A stretch of DNA of 64,000 nucleotides from a virus, in IMG/VR virus record IMGVR_UViG_3300009128_000003, positions 1 to 64,000 of that record. One strand, written 5' to 3'. The notes beneath the pieces were generated by a model. The model ran no database searches. It was not told the DNA's origin and worked only from the letters and a program-made list of their open reading frames with translations. A program made the translations under genes and the position numbers. Of this stretch, positions 1 through 9,159 are shown piece after piece (the first letter of the stretch is position 1; every line of letters starts with the position of its first letter).

Positions 1-2
1 CC

Positions 3-176
3 CAGCCTGTGTTCTTTCCAGTTATTGCCTGCGTACATCTTTGACTTCTCGGGAGCATTCGGCATGCCTTCCTCAATAAAGTCAATGATGACCTCGGGCA
101 AGCCGATGTCTCGTAGCCCTTCTGTTAAAACTTCTTCTCGAAGATACTCAAACCAATTTCCTGTAGATATATCCAT
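3..176 (-). CDS. 5' part of a probable late/virion-associated protein (runs off the left window edge)
   Basis: Open frame MDISTGNWFEYLREEVLTEGLRDIGLPE...; GGAG SD and late motif at 195-203 upstream; not in the ORF track because truncated. Confidence 0.7.
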   Translation of the reverse strand, partial: MDISTGNWFEYLREEVLTEGLRDIGLPEVIIDFIEEGMPNAPEKSKMYAGNNWKEHRL

Positions 177-206
177 TAATTAAACTCCATCATTATAAAT
201 AGTTGC

Positions 207-557
207 CTATTTCCAAAACAGTTGAACGCTTACAATCATGAACGAAAGAAACACACACAGCATAGTTTTGGCGGTAAACATGCTCTCGCCGAGAAAGTGC
301 CATGTTAAAAAAGGAAAGGTCAAATAGGACATCGAGAATATCAAAAAGCGCGGTCCCCACACCTCCCCCATTTCAGCATATGCTATCTTAATTCCGTACC
401 AAAAACATAGACCGGTCGGAATGCAATAAAGGACAGTTGCCAATATGGGCTTATCCTTCCACCAGTCCCAGACAAACTGGGAGTTTAGTTGAAACCAACC
501 CATCGTTTGACCGAGGGCGAACAGAAAACATGCAAATACCAGATTAGAAGTTGGCAA
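207..557 (-). CDS. Small 4-TM membrane protein, DMT/SMR-like
   Basis: 116 aa, four hydrophobic segments, C-terminal FLGE..T.K pattern typical of DMT-superfamily proteins. Confidence 0.55.
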   Translation of the reverse strand: MPTSNLVFACFLFALGQTMGWFQLNSQFVWDWWKDKPILATVLYCIPTGLCFWYGIKIAYAEMGEVWGPRFLIFSMSYLTFPFLTWHFLGESMFTAKTMLCVFLSFMIVSVQLFWK

Positions 558-1314
558 TTATTATTTCCTCGCACTCATCTTTTTTCTTGGTGCGCGCGCC
601 ATACTTGTTTACCATGATCTGATTATAGTCCTTGTAAAGCTCGAACAAACGAGAGTGATAATTGTAAACAAGAGCCCATTTTTGCTCGTCAGCCCTCTGC
701 GTCAAAGCAGTATAAAGCTCGTCATGATTTAAAATAGTTTCCTCAAACGCCTTTGGGCTCCCATGCTCAAACAAATTAAATTTATAGGTACCGGGAGCCA
801 CAACAAGATAATCATGAGTGGCTCTTTGTAAACTCTTTTTGATCCCTTCCGCCGGCGTTAATTCTAAATGAAAATTAGAGGGCGTCTTAAATCTCTTTAA
901 ATACGAAAGAGATAGCGGATTAAAGCCCGACATATCGAGTGTTCCATAGCTGGGAAATCCAGTGCTGGAGCAGCGATTCAACAAGAAGAACAGGCTAGAC
1001 CGCACGAATGGATCTGGAAATGTTGGCCAGGTTTCCTGCAGAGCCTCAAACATCCTGTGCTCTTTAAACTTGAGGACCTTCGATGTTAAAATCTGATAAA
1101 GTCGTTCGGGGTCGGCACCCACACATTCCCAAAACTCATACACTAGCTGGTTAGATGTGCGGGCTACCACAAATCGCTCATAGTCTGTGAGCGCGAACTC
1201 AACATCACCGGCAAAAAATAAGAACGAGTCGACCACACTACCTCGCGGGATCAGTTCTCTTAGGGCGGTGTGGCTTTTATGTTTCCTAATTACATCTTTA
1301 ATCGGAGACTTCAT
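544..1314 (-). CDS. Degenerate D12/Dam-class N6-adenine MTase homologue
   Basis: N-terminal MKSPI, FFAGDVEF (motif I-like), FFLLNRCS and C-terminal EIIIANF align with Dam family; no DPPY motif. Confidence 0.6.
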   Translation of the reverse strand: MKSPIKDVIRKHKSHTALRELIPRGSVVDSFLFFAGDVEFALTDYERFVVARTSNQLVYEFWECVGADPERLYQILTSKVLKFKEHRMFEALQETWPTFPDPFVRSSLFFLLNRCSSTGFPSYGTLDMSGFNPLSLSYLKRFKTPSNFHLELTPAEGIKKSLQRATHDYLVVAPGTYKFNLFEHGSPKAFEETILNHDELYTALTQRADEQKWALVYNYHSRLFELYKDYNQIMVNKYGARTKKKDECEEIIIANF

Positions 1315-1714
1315 TTTTGGGTGGCTCCGTGCCTAGGCTATTCTTAAACTCTTCAATTTGCTCTTGGAGGGTTTCCAAGTTGTCTGGAGACATGTCAAGC
1401 CCGGGCGGGGCAGGCACATTAGCGAAAGAAGGGGGGACAGGGGGCTCCGCGGAGTCCGCAGTCTTATAGTTTAAAAAAGCATTGACAAGATTGTTAACAT
1501 CCGAAAGCGCAAAATCAATACGAGATAGTTGTGTGCGGATGGCTTCTATTTCAGCCACAGTGTCCAACGACATCAAAGTATCTTCGCTTACTTCTGTCAA
1601 AGCATGCTCTCGCGCTGACTCAAGCTCAGTTAGTGCGCCATGCAGAATCCGCGTTACTTCCACAGGCAGTTCTTCTATGTCCACTGAATATTGTATGTTG
1701 ACTCTTTGTCCCAT
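1298..1714 (-). CDS. Hypothetical coiled-coil protein
   Basis: AGAGG SD, overlaps neighbours in operon, amphipathic helices. Confidence 0.7.
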   Translation of the reverse strand: MGQRVNIQYSVDIEELPVEVTRILHGALTELESAREHALTEVSEDTLMSLDTVAEIEAIRTQLSRIDFALSDVNNLVNAFLNYKTADSAEPPVPPSFANVPAPPGLDMSPDNLETLQEQIEEFKNSLGTEPPKNEVSD

Positions 1715-1715
1715 T

Positions 1716-2009
1716 TTATCCTCTTAATAATTCTTTTCTGGTGTTTAGTGAGTTTTCCACCACATCTGGCGCGCCAACAACAACGATTTCTGTGCCGGTG
1801 TGCCCACGATTGATGGTTAGTTTGGTGAAGCGGTGTTCTTGTTTGAGACCCGCGGGTAGTAGCCCTTGTTCGTTAAGCTTTCGCATGCGCGCTTCTTCGC
1901 GAATCATTATAACGTGCTCAGGATTTATAAACACCTCTCGCAACGTATAATCTTGTTGCGTGGTGACTGCTCCGCTCTGGCACACCTCTGTTAATTTAAC
2001 GAGTGGCAT
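1716..2009 (-). CDS. Hypothetical protein (start revised to MPLVKLTE)
   Basis: GGAGAG SD before ATG at 2009; in frame with track ORF 1716..2093. Confidence 0.65.
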   Translation of the reverse strand: MPLVKLTEVCQSGAVTTQQDYTLREVFINPEHVIMIREEARMRKLNEQGLLPAGLKQEHRFTKLTINRGHTGTEIVVVGAPDVVENSLNTRKELLRG

Positions 2010-2217
2010 ATTCTCTCTCCATGGGGTAAATGTGTCTTTTTTCGACTGTATTCTCTCTCCCCTTAGCATACACTCGATAGGTGTTGGAGGCATCTGCTCG
2101 CAGAAAAACGCCAGTGATTGGTTTCTCGGTCTTTATAATATTCATAGAGCCATTGTCTGCATAGTTCCATAAGCTAACTCCCTGCGGGATATGTACCAAA
2201 TCTCCTTCTTGCATCAT
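1996..2217 (-). CDS. Small hypothetical beta-rich (KOW/SH3-like) protein
   Basis: GGAGG SD, EGDLVHI N-terminus, coupled to groEL stop. Confidence 0.6.
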   Translation of the reverse strand: MMQEGDLVHIPQGVSLWNYADNGSMNIIKTEKPITGVFLRADASNTYRVYAKGRENTVEKRHIYPMEREYATR

Positions 2218-3797
2218 TTGTCCTCCGTTTGTATAATAGCGTAATTGGTAGTAATCAGCGTACCAGCACAGCTAGCAGCGTTTTGAAGCGCTGTACGTGT
2301 CACCTTAACGGGGTCAATAATACCTTTACTAAGTAGTGTTGTGCTTTCTTGCAGTCTAAAGTCCCACCCAATATCAGAATCTTGAGTGGTCTTTTCTATT
2401 TCCGACACTACTAGGTCGGGCGACATGCCGGCATTTAAAGCCATTTGTCTAAGAGGCTCCTCGCAAGCCTTGCGAATTACTGAAGCTCCATAAGCTTGAT
2501 CGGCGTTATGGGTTTTGATGACGAGTTTGAGTGCTGCACGCAGGAGAGAGGTACCACCGCCGGGTACGATCCCTTCTTCTTGTGCAGATCTAACTGCCTC
2601 TAGTGCGTCCTCTACTCTATGTTTCTTCTCAGTCATCTCTACTTCGGTGGCTCCCCCAACGCGGATAACGGCAACACCCGAAGACAGTCGCGTAATCCGC
2701 CCCTGAATCTTCTCACACTCAGGCAATGACTCGGTACTCTCAATGTCAGCCTTAAGGCTTTGGATCTTAGTTTCTACTGCTTCATGATCGCAATTGCCTC
2801 CAACCACAATCGTAGAATACTTATTGCTCTCGATGGACTTAGCGGTCCCCAAGTCTGAGAGTCTTACGTCTTGTAGTTTAGCGCCAGACTCTCGCGTTAT
2901 AAAGGTTGCGCCGGTAGAAAGCGCTAAATCACTTAAGGTCTCGCGGCGCTCTTCACCGTAAAGCGGCGCTTTTACGGCTGCCACTTTTAACGTACCTCGC
3001 ATAGCATTCATGATCAATGCAGCTAGGGCTTGCCCTTCGATCTCTTCAGCTACAAATATAAGTGGGCGCCCCTCGCGAGCTATCATTTCAAGCAACGGCA
3101 ATATTGGCTCTACAGACGAGATTTTATTATCAGTCACCAGTATCAGGGGCTCTTCGTGATACATGACACTTCGGCGTTCATCAGTCACGAATGCACCGGC
3201 ACAATAGCCCGACGCCATTCCAAATCCTTCGGTAATATCCACCGAGGTTTCAATTGAACGAGACTCTTCAATAGTAATAGACCCATCTTGTCCCACCTTA
3301 TCAACTGCCATGGCTACTAGTTTGCCAATGGTACTATCGTTATTTGCTGAGATAGTGGCAACGTGCTGGATGTCTGCTGCGCTCTTGATAGGGCGCGCCA
3401 TCTCCTTAAGGTTGTTAGTTACCTCTGTAACGGCTAGTCCAATGCCGCGCTGTAGTTCAGTGGGGGGAACACCAGAAGCGATAAACTTCTGTGACTCCCT
3501 CAGAATCGCTCGTGATAATACGGTTGCGGTTGTGGTGCCATCGCCGGCACTAGCGTTTGTCTCAACCGCAGCCTGCTTAATAACTTCTACGGCAGCATTT
3601 TCAACAGGATCCTGCAAAGCCACAAAGTGTGCTACTGTGACACCATCTTTTGTGATGAATGGTGTCTTGCCCTTCTCCTGCAAAAGGACGTTCCTTCCGC
3701 GGGGTCCGAGGGTGGAAGCGACATTGTCCGCTAGGATATCGGCGCCCCTCATGATTTTTTGTTGTAGTGTTTGATTGTCGTCGTATTCTCGACTCAT
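2214..3797 (-). CDS. groEL: Chaperonin GroEL
   Basis: TLGPRGRNV, ITKDGVTVA, AGDGTTTATVL, GIVPGGG and GIIDPVKVTR motifs. Confidence 0.98.
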   Translation of the reverse strand: MSREYDDNQTLQQKIMRGADILADNVASTLGPRGRNVLLQEKGKTPFITKDGVTVAHFVALQDPVENAAVEVIKQAAVETNASAGDGTTTATVLSRAILRESQKFIASGVPPTELQRGIGLAVTEVTNNLKEMARPIKSAADIQHVATISANNDSTIGKLVAMAVDKVGQDGSITIEESRSIETSVDITEGFGMASGYCAGAFVTDERRSVMYHEEPLILVTDNKISSVEPILPLLEMIAREGRPLIFVAEEIEGQALAALIMNAMRGTLKVAAVKAPLYGEERRETLSDLALSTGATFITRESGAKLQDVRLSDLGTAKSIESNKYSTIVVGGNCDHEAVETKIQSLKADIESTESLPECEKIQGRITRLSSGVAVIRVGGATEVEMTEKKHRVEDALEAVRSAQEEGIVPGGGTSLLRAALKLVIKTHNADQAYGASVIRKACEEPLRQMALNAGMSPDLVVSEIEKTTQDSDIGWDFRLQESTTLLSKGIIDPVKVTRTALQNAASCAGTLITTNYAIIQTEDK

Positions 3798-3820
3798 TGA
3801 TACCTCAAGGTTATGTATAT

Positions 3821-3849
3821 ATTATAATGTGAAATGGGCAACTTGTCAA
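3821..3849 (-). promoter_or_regulatory. Consensus sigma70-type promoter for groEL operon
   Basis: TTGACA-17 nt-TATAAT on minus strand. Confidence 0.9.
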
Positions 3850-3859
3850 GCAAATAAAA

Positions 3860-5155
3860 TCATTTTTCTGGCTCAGAGCCGGCTTGAAGTTGAGAAGTTA
3901 GTGTTCTTTGAATCTCAACACTGTCCGCGATAGCTTTTTCCCCGGAGTTGATGGCGCGGGCGCGTTTATCGAATGTGAAATATTTATTAATATTTTCAGA
4001 AAGAGATTGGGTGGCAGAAAAAAGTTCCGTCAGTTCACCATTTAATTTATCCATGTGCATAATAGCTACCTGCTCAATACGCGCGGGCGCATAAGGAAGT
4101 TCCCCATAAAACTTATATCCCACAGATTGAAACGATTTTAATTGCGCTGGGCTAATTGCCCATTGGGTGCCTCCCTTGTTTTCAGTCAACATGTTCCACT
4201 CTTCGCGGATAATCTCTTGTAACTGTTGTTCGTGTTCGTCCGCGTCGGCTGGCGCAACTTCTGATTTGCGTTTTTCTCTTACTCTCTCGGAATAGCCGGC
4301 TGTATGCTGAAGTAGCTCATACCGTTCCTCCCACGTCGGAGCAGCCTTGAGCACCTCAATAGATTGCTCGGGGGTCATATCAGGCAATTGTACCAATCCC
4401 AGTCCTGATTTCTTCCCTCCTCCTTTAGCTGTTGTTGTAAGCGCGTCAACAAAGTTTTCTTGATCGAACGTAAACTGTTCGATGGCAATTGCTTCTCCAT
4501 CTTTGCGTGCAACAATATAAACCATTTGACCGAATTCGTCGAGACCGTCCACAAGGTTAGTGTAGCTTCCCTCGATGTTGGTAGTTTTATTAAGTAGTTT
4601 CAGACTAATAGGCACTGGGACGTCTGTCTCCGTAAAAGCAATTAAGTCTTGAATGGGAAGGTTCCCTTTTGCAGAAACGTCCGCCTCCTGCGCGCCCTGT
4701 AAGAGTGCCGCAAGGAAGCCTTCAAAAACGAAGCCTGCGCTGGAGGCGCTAAAGCTTGTGACAACTGCACTCAGCGCCTCTAAGATAATCAAAGACGAGA
4801 TGATGCGGCGCGGGGATGTAATTTTGGTATCCTTCTCGGCGATGCGTTGAAGAAATTTGATCTTCCCTTCGATTGTGCGTCCTCCCCCCATTACCCCGAA
4901 GAGCCTATTGATTTGTTGCCTCTCCATGCTATCGGGTCTACCCCACGCTTCGGTAGGGACAAACTTAGGTAACACCAGTAAAAACTCTTTGGCGCGGGAT
5001 GTCTTGGGCGCCTCTTGCAGAGGCTGCGGGGACTTAACAAACTGTTCGTAGATGAGATCTAATACTTCATCTTGCATGCTGGTATCTTGTGCACGGTGTG
5101 GCGCCTCGGGTGTTCCCACCACATCAATAAACATATCTTTAATATAATCTGACAT
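3860..5155 (-). CDS. Putative PD-(D/E)xK restriction-endonuclease-like protein
   Basis: GFVFEGFLAAL...IQDLI...ISLKL arrangement; late motif at 5213-5221. Confidence 0.5.
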   Translation of the reverse strand: MSDYIKDMFIDVVGTPEAPHRAQDTSMQDEVLDLIYEQFVKSPQPLQEAPKTSRAKEFLLVLPKFVPTEAWGRPDSMERQQINRLFGVMGGGRTIEGKIKFLQRIAEKDTKITSPRRIISSLIILEALSAVVTSFSASSAGFVFEGFLAALLQGAQEADVSAKGNLPIQDLIAFTETDVPVPISLKLLNKTTNIEGSYTNLVDGLDEFGQMVYIVARKDGEAIAIEQFTFDQENFVDALTTTAKGGGKKSGLGLVQLPDMTPEQSIEVLKAAPTWEERYELLQHTAGYSERVREKRKSEVAPADADEHEQQLQEIIREEWNMLTENKGGTQWAISPAQLKSFQSVGYKFYGELPYAPARIEQVAIMHMDKLNGELTELFSATQSLSENINKYFTFDKRARAINSGEKAIADSVEIQRTLTSQLQAGSEPEK

Positions 5156-5165
5156 TTACTTTCCT

Positions 5166-5804
5166 CTAGATGATGATGTCGGCGATACCCATTTCGACCG
5201 CTTCTTCTGCAGATAAATAGACATTCACTTTGCGTTCAATCATTTTTTTAAGTTTTGATCTCGTCATCTTTGTCTCAGAGATAAGGGCGTCACAATACAT
5301 GTCCTGTAGTTGCTCGATAGCTTCAAGTTCATTCATCATGTTGTGAAGGCTCCCATGGTTGCCTCCCATTACCGAATGAATCATAACACGACAATTCTTC
5401 CCAATCTTGCGCTTTCCCTTTGTGCCCGATGCCAGTAGCAGAACGCCGGCGGACATTACTTTGCCAAGCCCGATGGTATGAAACTCGCTGGTTTCGCGCA
5501 GTTGTCGGATTACGTCGTAGAGTGCGAACATGTCGTCAGCACTCCCTCCATATGTGGATATATAGAACTTAATCGGTTGCTCCTCTTCTGGCTTTGAAAG
5601 GCGATTAATCTCATCTAAATATAAAAAGGCATGCACCAAGTCTGCTACCTTATCTTCCAACACATCCGAAAAAAGCCCCACAATGCGCAGATCTGGCTCG
5701 GGTGGTCCCGACAGCTGTGAAGGATCTAGCATAATAATCTTCTTTTCTTTTTCATCTGCCGACTCTTCAGCAGAGGTTATAAACTGTTTAATTTTTTTAA
5801 TCAT
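5166..5804 (-). CDS. clpP: ClpP-family protease subunit 1
   Basis: ISTYGGS, GKVMSAG (Ser), VMIHS (His), YLSAEEAVEMGIAD; start revised to MIKKIKQF. Confidence 0.9.
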   Translation of the reverse strand: MIKKIKQFITSAEESADEKEKKIIMLDPSQLSGPPEPDLRIVGLFSDVLEDKVADLVHAFLYLDEINRLSKPEEEQPIKFYISTYGGSADDMFALYDVIRQLRETSEFHTIGLGKVMSAGVLLLASGTKGKRKIGKNCRVMIHSVMGGNHGSLHNMMNELEAIEQLQDMYCDALISETKMTRSKLKKMIERKVNVYLSAEEAVEMGIADIII

Positions 5805-5805
5805 C

Positions 5806-6207
5806 TTACCCCCTAGGTTTAATAATATGATCAGCCAATTCTTTGTTTTCATTCAAATATCTCATCGCAGACTCCCAGTCCTCAAATTCAAGTACCTGTT
5901 TAAAGTAATTAGGGGTTGCCCTCACTAAGTTATCAATTGATTTGCTCTTAAAGAATGCTATGTCATTATCAATGTAAAGTTGATAGCTTTCTACCTCCTT
6001 TTCAGTGGCGCGAGCTTTTTTTAGTTGCTGGGATCCAAACGTGCGAATATAAGCATATTGTTCCAGCGCTCGGATGAGTAAAATGAGGCTCGTCAGTTGG
6101 GATGTCTTTAACATTGCGACCGTTAAACTTCCAGACCGGTAAATGTAAAATGTTTTACAGGTGTAGTACCCAAAGATAAAAACTAAAAAATAGAGCAAAA
6201 ATTCCAT
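5806..6207 (-). CDS. Hypothetical membrane-anchored protein
   Basis: AAGGAG SD, N-terminal hydrophobic helix MEFLLYFLVFIFGYY. Confidence 0.7.
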   Translation of the reverse strand: MEFLLYFLVFIFGYYTCKTFYIYRSGSLTVAMLKTSQLTSLILLIRALEQYAYIRTFGSQQLKKARATEKEVESYQLYIDNDIAFFKSKSIDNLVRATPNYFKQVLEFEDWESAMRYLNENKELADHIIKPRG

Positions 6208-6223
6208 GAGGGGTTCTCCTTCC

Positions 6224-6253
6224 AAAAAAATAACCACCGCGTACGGTGGTTAT
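6224..6253 (-). terminator. Rho-independent terminator
   Basis: ATAACCACCG-TACG-CGGTGGTTAT stem followed by T7 on minus strand. Confidence 0.85.
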
Positions 6254-6282
6254 ATTATAACAGAACGTAATTACTTTGTCAA
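6254..6282 (-). promoter_or_regulatory. Consensus sigma70-type promoter
   Basis: TTGACA-17 nt-TATAAT. Confidence 0.9.
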
Positions 6283-6286
6283 GGTG

Positions 6287-7057
6287 TTACTTAACAAGAC
6301 GCTTCATGATGCGCTCGGCAAGGTTTTCAACCACCTGCTCACGCTGGTTCTCGGCTTGGAGGCGCGCAGCTACTCTGCGTGCAACCTCGGCAACAATTTC
6401 GTCTTCATTGACATAAGCCTCATCGCCTTTCTTTTCGCCGCGACCCTTGCCGCTTGTCTTCTTTTTCTCACCTTTCTTGGTGGTATAATCCTTCTCGCCC
6501 TTATGGGTTTTAGAATCATCGTCCTCGGATGCACCGGTGCGCTTTGCGCCCGTTTCCATCATCGGCTCTTCGACTTCCTCTTCTTCCTCAGCGCCTACTT
6601 CAATCTCTTCTCCGCCCGGTACAGGCTCCATCTCAACTTCAGCAGCATCAACTTCCATATCATCCATGGCTGGTTCATCCAAATCCTCACCTCCTTCGGC
6701 GCCAGCTTCAATAGATACTTGGTCAGCGATGCCAAGAGCATCAGCAACTGCAGCGACAACATCAGCCATTAACTCTTCTCTTTCAGAATCGTCGATGCCG
6801 GACATATCCGCGTCGTCATCAGCTAACTCGTCGTCAGCAATATCTAGTTCGGCGCCCTCTTCGTCAGCGACGTGGTCTTCCGCACCAAGCTCGTCTTCGG
6901 TTGCATGCAATTCATCTTCAACATGCTCCTCATCGTCACGGGCGCCGGGCATTTCATATCCCATTTCTTGGAGCTTCTCGCTCCGAATTGGCGAAAGATT
7001 GGCTAGCTTCATGAACTGCCTAATTTCGCTCTCTGTTAACAAAGTCTTACGAGCCAT
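6287..7057 (-). CDS. Highly acidic probable internal head/core protein
   Basis: D/E-rich, LLTE and RQFMKLANL at N-terminus, late motif at 7094-7102, AGGAG SD. Confidence 0.65.
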   Translation of the reverse strand: MARKTLLTESEIRQFMKLANLSPIRSEKLQEMGYEMPGARDDEEHVEDELHATEDELGAEDHVADEEGAELDIADDELADDDADMSGIDDSEREELMADVVAAVADALGIADQVSIEAGAEGGEDLDEPAMDDMEVDAAEVEMEPVPGGEEIEVGAEEEEEVEEPMMETGAKRTGASEDDDSKTHKGEKDYTTKKGEKKKTSGKGRGEKKGDEAYVNEDEIVAEVARRVAARLQAENQREQVVENLAERIMKRLVK

Positions 7058-7121
7058 TTAAAATTCTCCTATATTTCTTAAAGAAACTCAAAAATAAATA
7101 GTAATGTGTTTGGTTAAACAC

Positions 7122-7382
7122 CTAAAAAAACGGATTGTGCATAAATGCTTTCTTCTTAATCTTTGCGAGGGCTTTGGTTTCTATCTGCTTTATCCGCGCA
7201 AAAGATAAATGAAGCCTCTCGGCAATTTGCCTCAAGGTCATCGGTCCGTGCTCATAAATAGATACCAGTGAGCAATTATACTCATCCTCATATTCTATCC
7301 AGTGCTTACAATCTTTAATGGGGCAACATGTCTTAAGTTCTCTACATTTTTTAGAGCAATCAAGCAAACCATAGCCATTCAT
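7122..7382 (-). CDS. Cys-rich protein with stand-alone sigma70 region-4 HTH
   Basis: MTLRQIAERLHLSFARIKQIETKALAKIK matches sigma region 4.2; six N-terminal Cys. Confidence 0.8.
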   Translation of the reverse strand: MNGYGLLDCSKKCRELKTCCPIKDCKHWIEYEDEYNCSLVSIYEHGPMTLRQIAERLHLSFARIKQIETKALAKIKKKAFMHNPFF

Positions 7383-7711
7383 AATTCAGGGTGCTCCTCG
7401 GCAATCAGATCGAAAATGTTTTCAACCTCGCCATCATTGAGAGCAAAGTCACGCATCTTTTGCTGACCTTCTTCTCTGAGCTTTTTGGCTCTGTTCTTCT
7501 TCTTTATAGAGAGACCACCCACCTCATCGATGTATTCCTGAATACGGGGATCTTCGTCAATGTAGCCCGTGATGATATTCCGGAAAAACTTAGCCTGCGT
7601 CAGTCCGTCCGCCTTTAGGCGCAACAACAGCTTTGCATGACGATGATCGTTTTCAGTAAATACTACGCGCTTATTAAGCTTGCCATAATCAAGATCGTGA
7701 TCCATTACCAT
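7379..7711 (-). CDS. Hypothetical protein (possible small DNA-binding protein)
   Basis: Overlaps both neighbours; short beta-strand then two helices. Confidence 0.65.
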   Translation of the reverse strand: MVMDHDLDYGKLNKRVVFTENDHRHAKLLLRLKADGLTQAKFFRNIITGYIDEDPRIQEYIDEVGGLSIKKKNRAKKLREEGQQKMRDFALNDGEVENIFDLIAEEHPEL

Positions 7712-8754
7712 TGCCTGTGAGTGATGTGAGTTCTGCTCTCAGATTGTCCGGCTGGAGTTTGCACCACAAATTGCGCCCTGCACTGTAGTTGTGCTAGTGT
7801 GCGCGCGCCCGAATAGGAGAACCCCGAACGAATCCCTTTCTCTAAGTCTGCGAGTATAGCCCCCACTGGACCGCGGTATGGCACTTGTGCAGAGACTCCT
7901 TCGAACGATGAGTATTTCCCACGCCATCTAATCTGCGCCTCTTTACTAGCCATACCTCGATAAGTTTTCCATTGTTGTCCCTCACGATCTCTTAAAATCT
8001 GTCCGGGTGTTTCGTCAGTGCCCGATAAAAGTGAGCCACACATGACCGCATCTGCGCCTGCAGATAACGCCTTGACGATGTCGCCTGAGTTACGGATCCC
8101 CCCATCAGCAATGATTGCAACGTCCCTATCTGTCTTTGCACAATCCATAATAGTCTGGAGACCGGGTAGTCCGTGTCCCGTCTGGATGCGAGTCGAACAA
8201 ATGGAGCCGCCGCCAATATTACACCGTACGGAGTCAGCGCCCCAGTCAGAGAGAGCGTTAACTCCCTCCAGCGTAGCAACGTTTCCTGCCATGATGTGCG
8301 TTTCGGCGCCCACTACATCGCGTAGTTGTCCTAAAGCCTCCTTCATCATGATGTGGTGACCATGCGCAACATCCACACATAGGAAGGTTGCGCCGGCTTG
8401 CACTGCACATTGGGCGCGCTGTATAAAGTCACCAGTGATCCCAACCGCAGCCCCAGCCGACGTTGCGCCGAGTTGAACTGCCTTGTCAATAATTTCTACC
8501 TGCTCAATAACAGAGTTATAGCGGTGTATGATTGCGGCGCCGCCGGAAGCATTCATGGCGGATGCCATCTCTTCCTCCGATACCGTGTCCATAGGGGACG
8601 CCAAAACGGGGAGAGGCAGCACTAGTTCTCGTCCCAAGTCCGACGATATATCTATTTCTGCTCTACTCTGAATATCGGAGTAGCGAGGAATCAATAGTAC
8701 ATCGTCGTACGACAAACACCGAGATAGCAAGGTTCTGCCTTCAATGGTGATCAT
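7705..8754 (-). CDS. IMP dehydrogenase / GMP reductase family protein without CBS domains
   Basis: LSYDDVLL, SPMDTV, DVAHGH, AGNVAT, GGGSICSTR, IIADGG, YRGMAS. Confidence 0.92.
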   Translation of the reverse strand: MITIEGRTLLSRCLSYDDVLLIPRYSDIQSRAEIDISSDLGRELVLPLPVLASPMDTVSEEEMASAMNASGGAAIIHRYNSVIEQVEIIDKAVQLGATSAGAAVGITGDFIQRAQCAVQAGATFLCVDVAHGHHIMMKEALGQLRDVVGAETHIMAGNVATLEGVNALSDWGADSVRCNIGGGSICSTRIQTGHGLPGLQTIMDCAKTDRDVAIIADGGIRNSGDIVKALSAGADAVMCGSLLSGTDETPGQILRDREGQQWKTYRGMASKEAQIRWRGKYSSFEGVSAQVPYRGPVGAILADLEKGIRSGFSYSGARTLAQLQCRAQFVVQTPAGQSESRTHITHRQW

Positions 8755-8757
8755 TCT

Positions 8758-9159
8758 TTATTCCTCTTGTGCTTCAGGAGGTCGGGCTGAATCACCGCGG
8801 GATTTTCTAAAGGTGGGGGATCGCTCGCGCAATTCCTTTTCGGTTAAAGGTGCTGGAGGATCCTCTGCTTGTCGCTCCTCTTCCGCATCTTCCTCCGCGG
8901 CTTCCTCTACCTCTTCCTCTTCCGGTGGGTGGTTCAAGAGTGCCAAAGCCTCGGCGCCGGCAGTTTTAATCAGAGGCGCATATTGCTGTAAAGTTAGCAT
9001 AGCTCCCTCTAATTGTGCTAGCTGGGCAGCATAATTAGACAACGTGCCTACGTCTGTTTCGTGAGTGGCTCGGCGCGCCATGTCTTTCATTAATCCCAGC
9101 ACGCCCAGTGCTTGAGATTTCAGGTTAAGTATAGTCGCCTGTAGTGTTTCGTCAGTCAT
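8758..9159 (-). CDS. Hypothetical protein with acidic C-terminus
   Basis: AAGGAG SD before MTDETLQ; coupled to thioredoxin stop. Confidence 0.65.
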   Translation of the reverse strand: MTDETLQATILNLKSQALGVLGLMKDMARRATHETDVGTLSNYAAQLAQLEGAMLTLQQYAPLIKTAGAEALALLNHPPEEEEVEEAAEEDAEEERQAEDPPAPLTEKELRERSPTFRKSRGDSARPPEAQEE

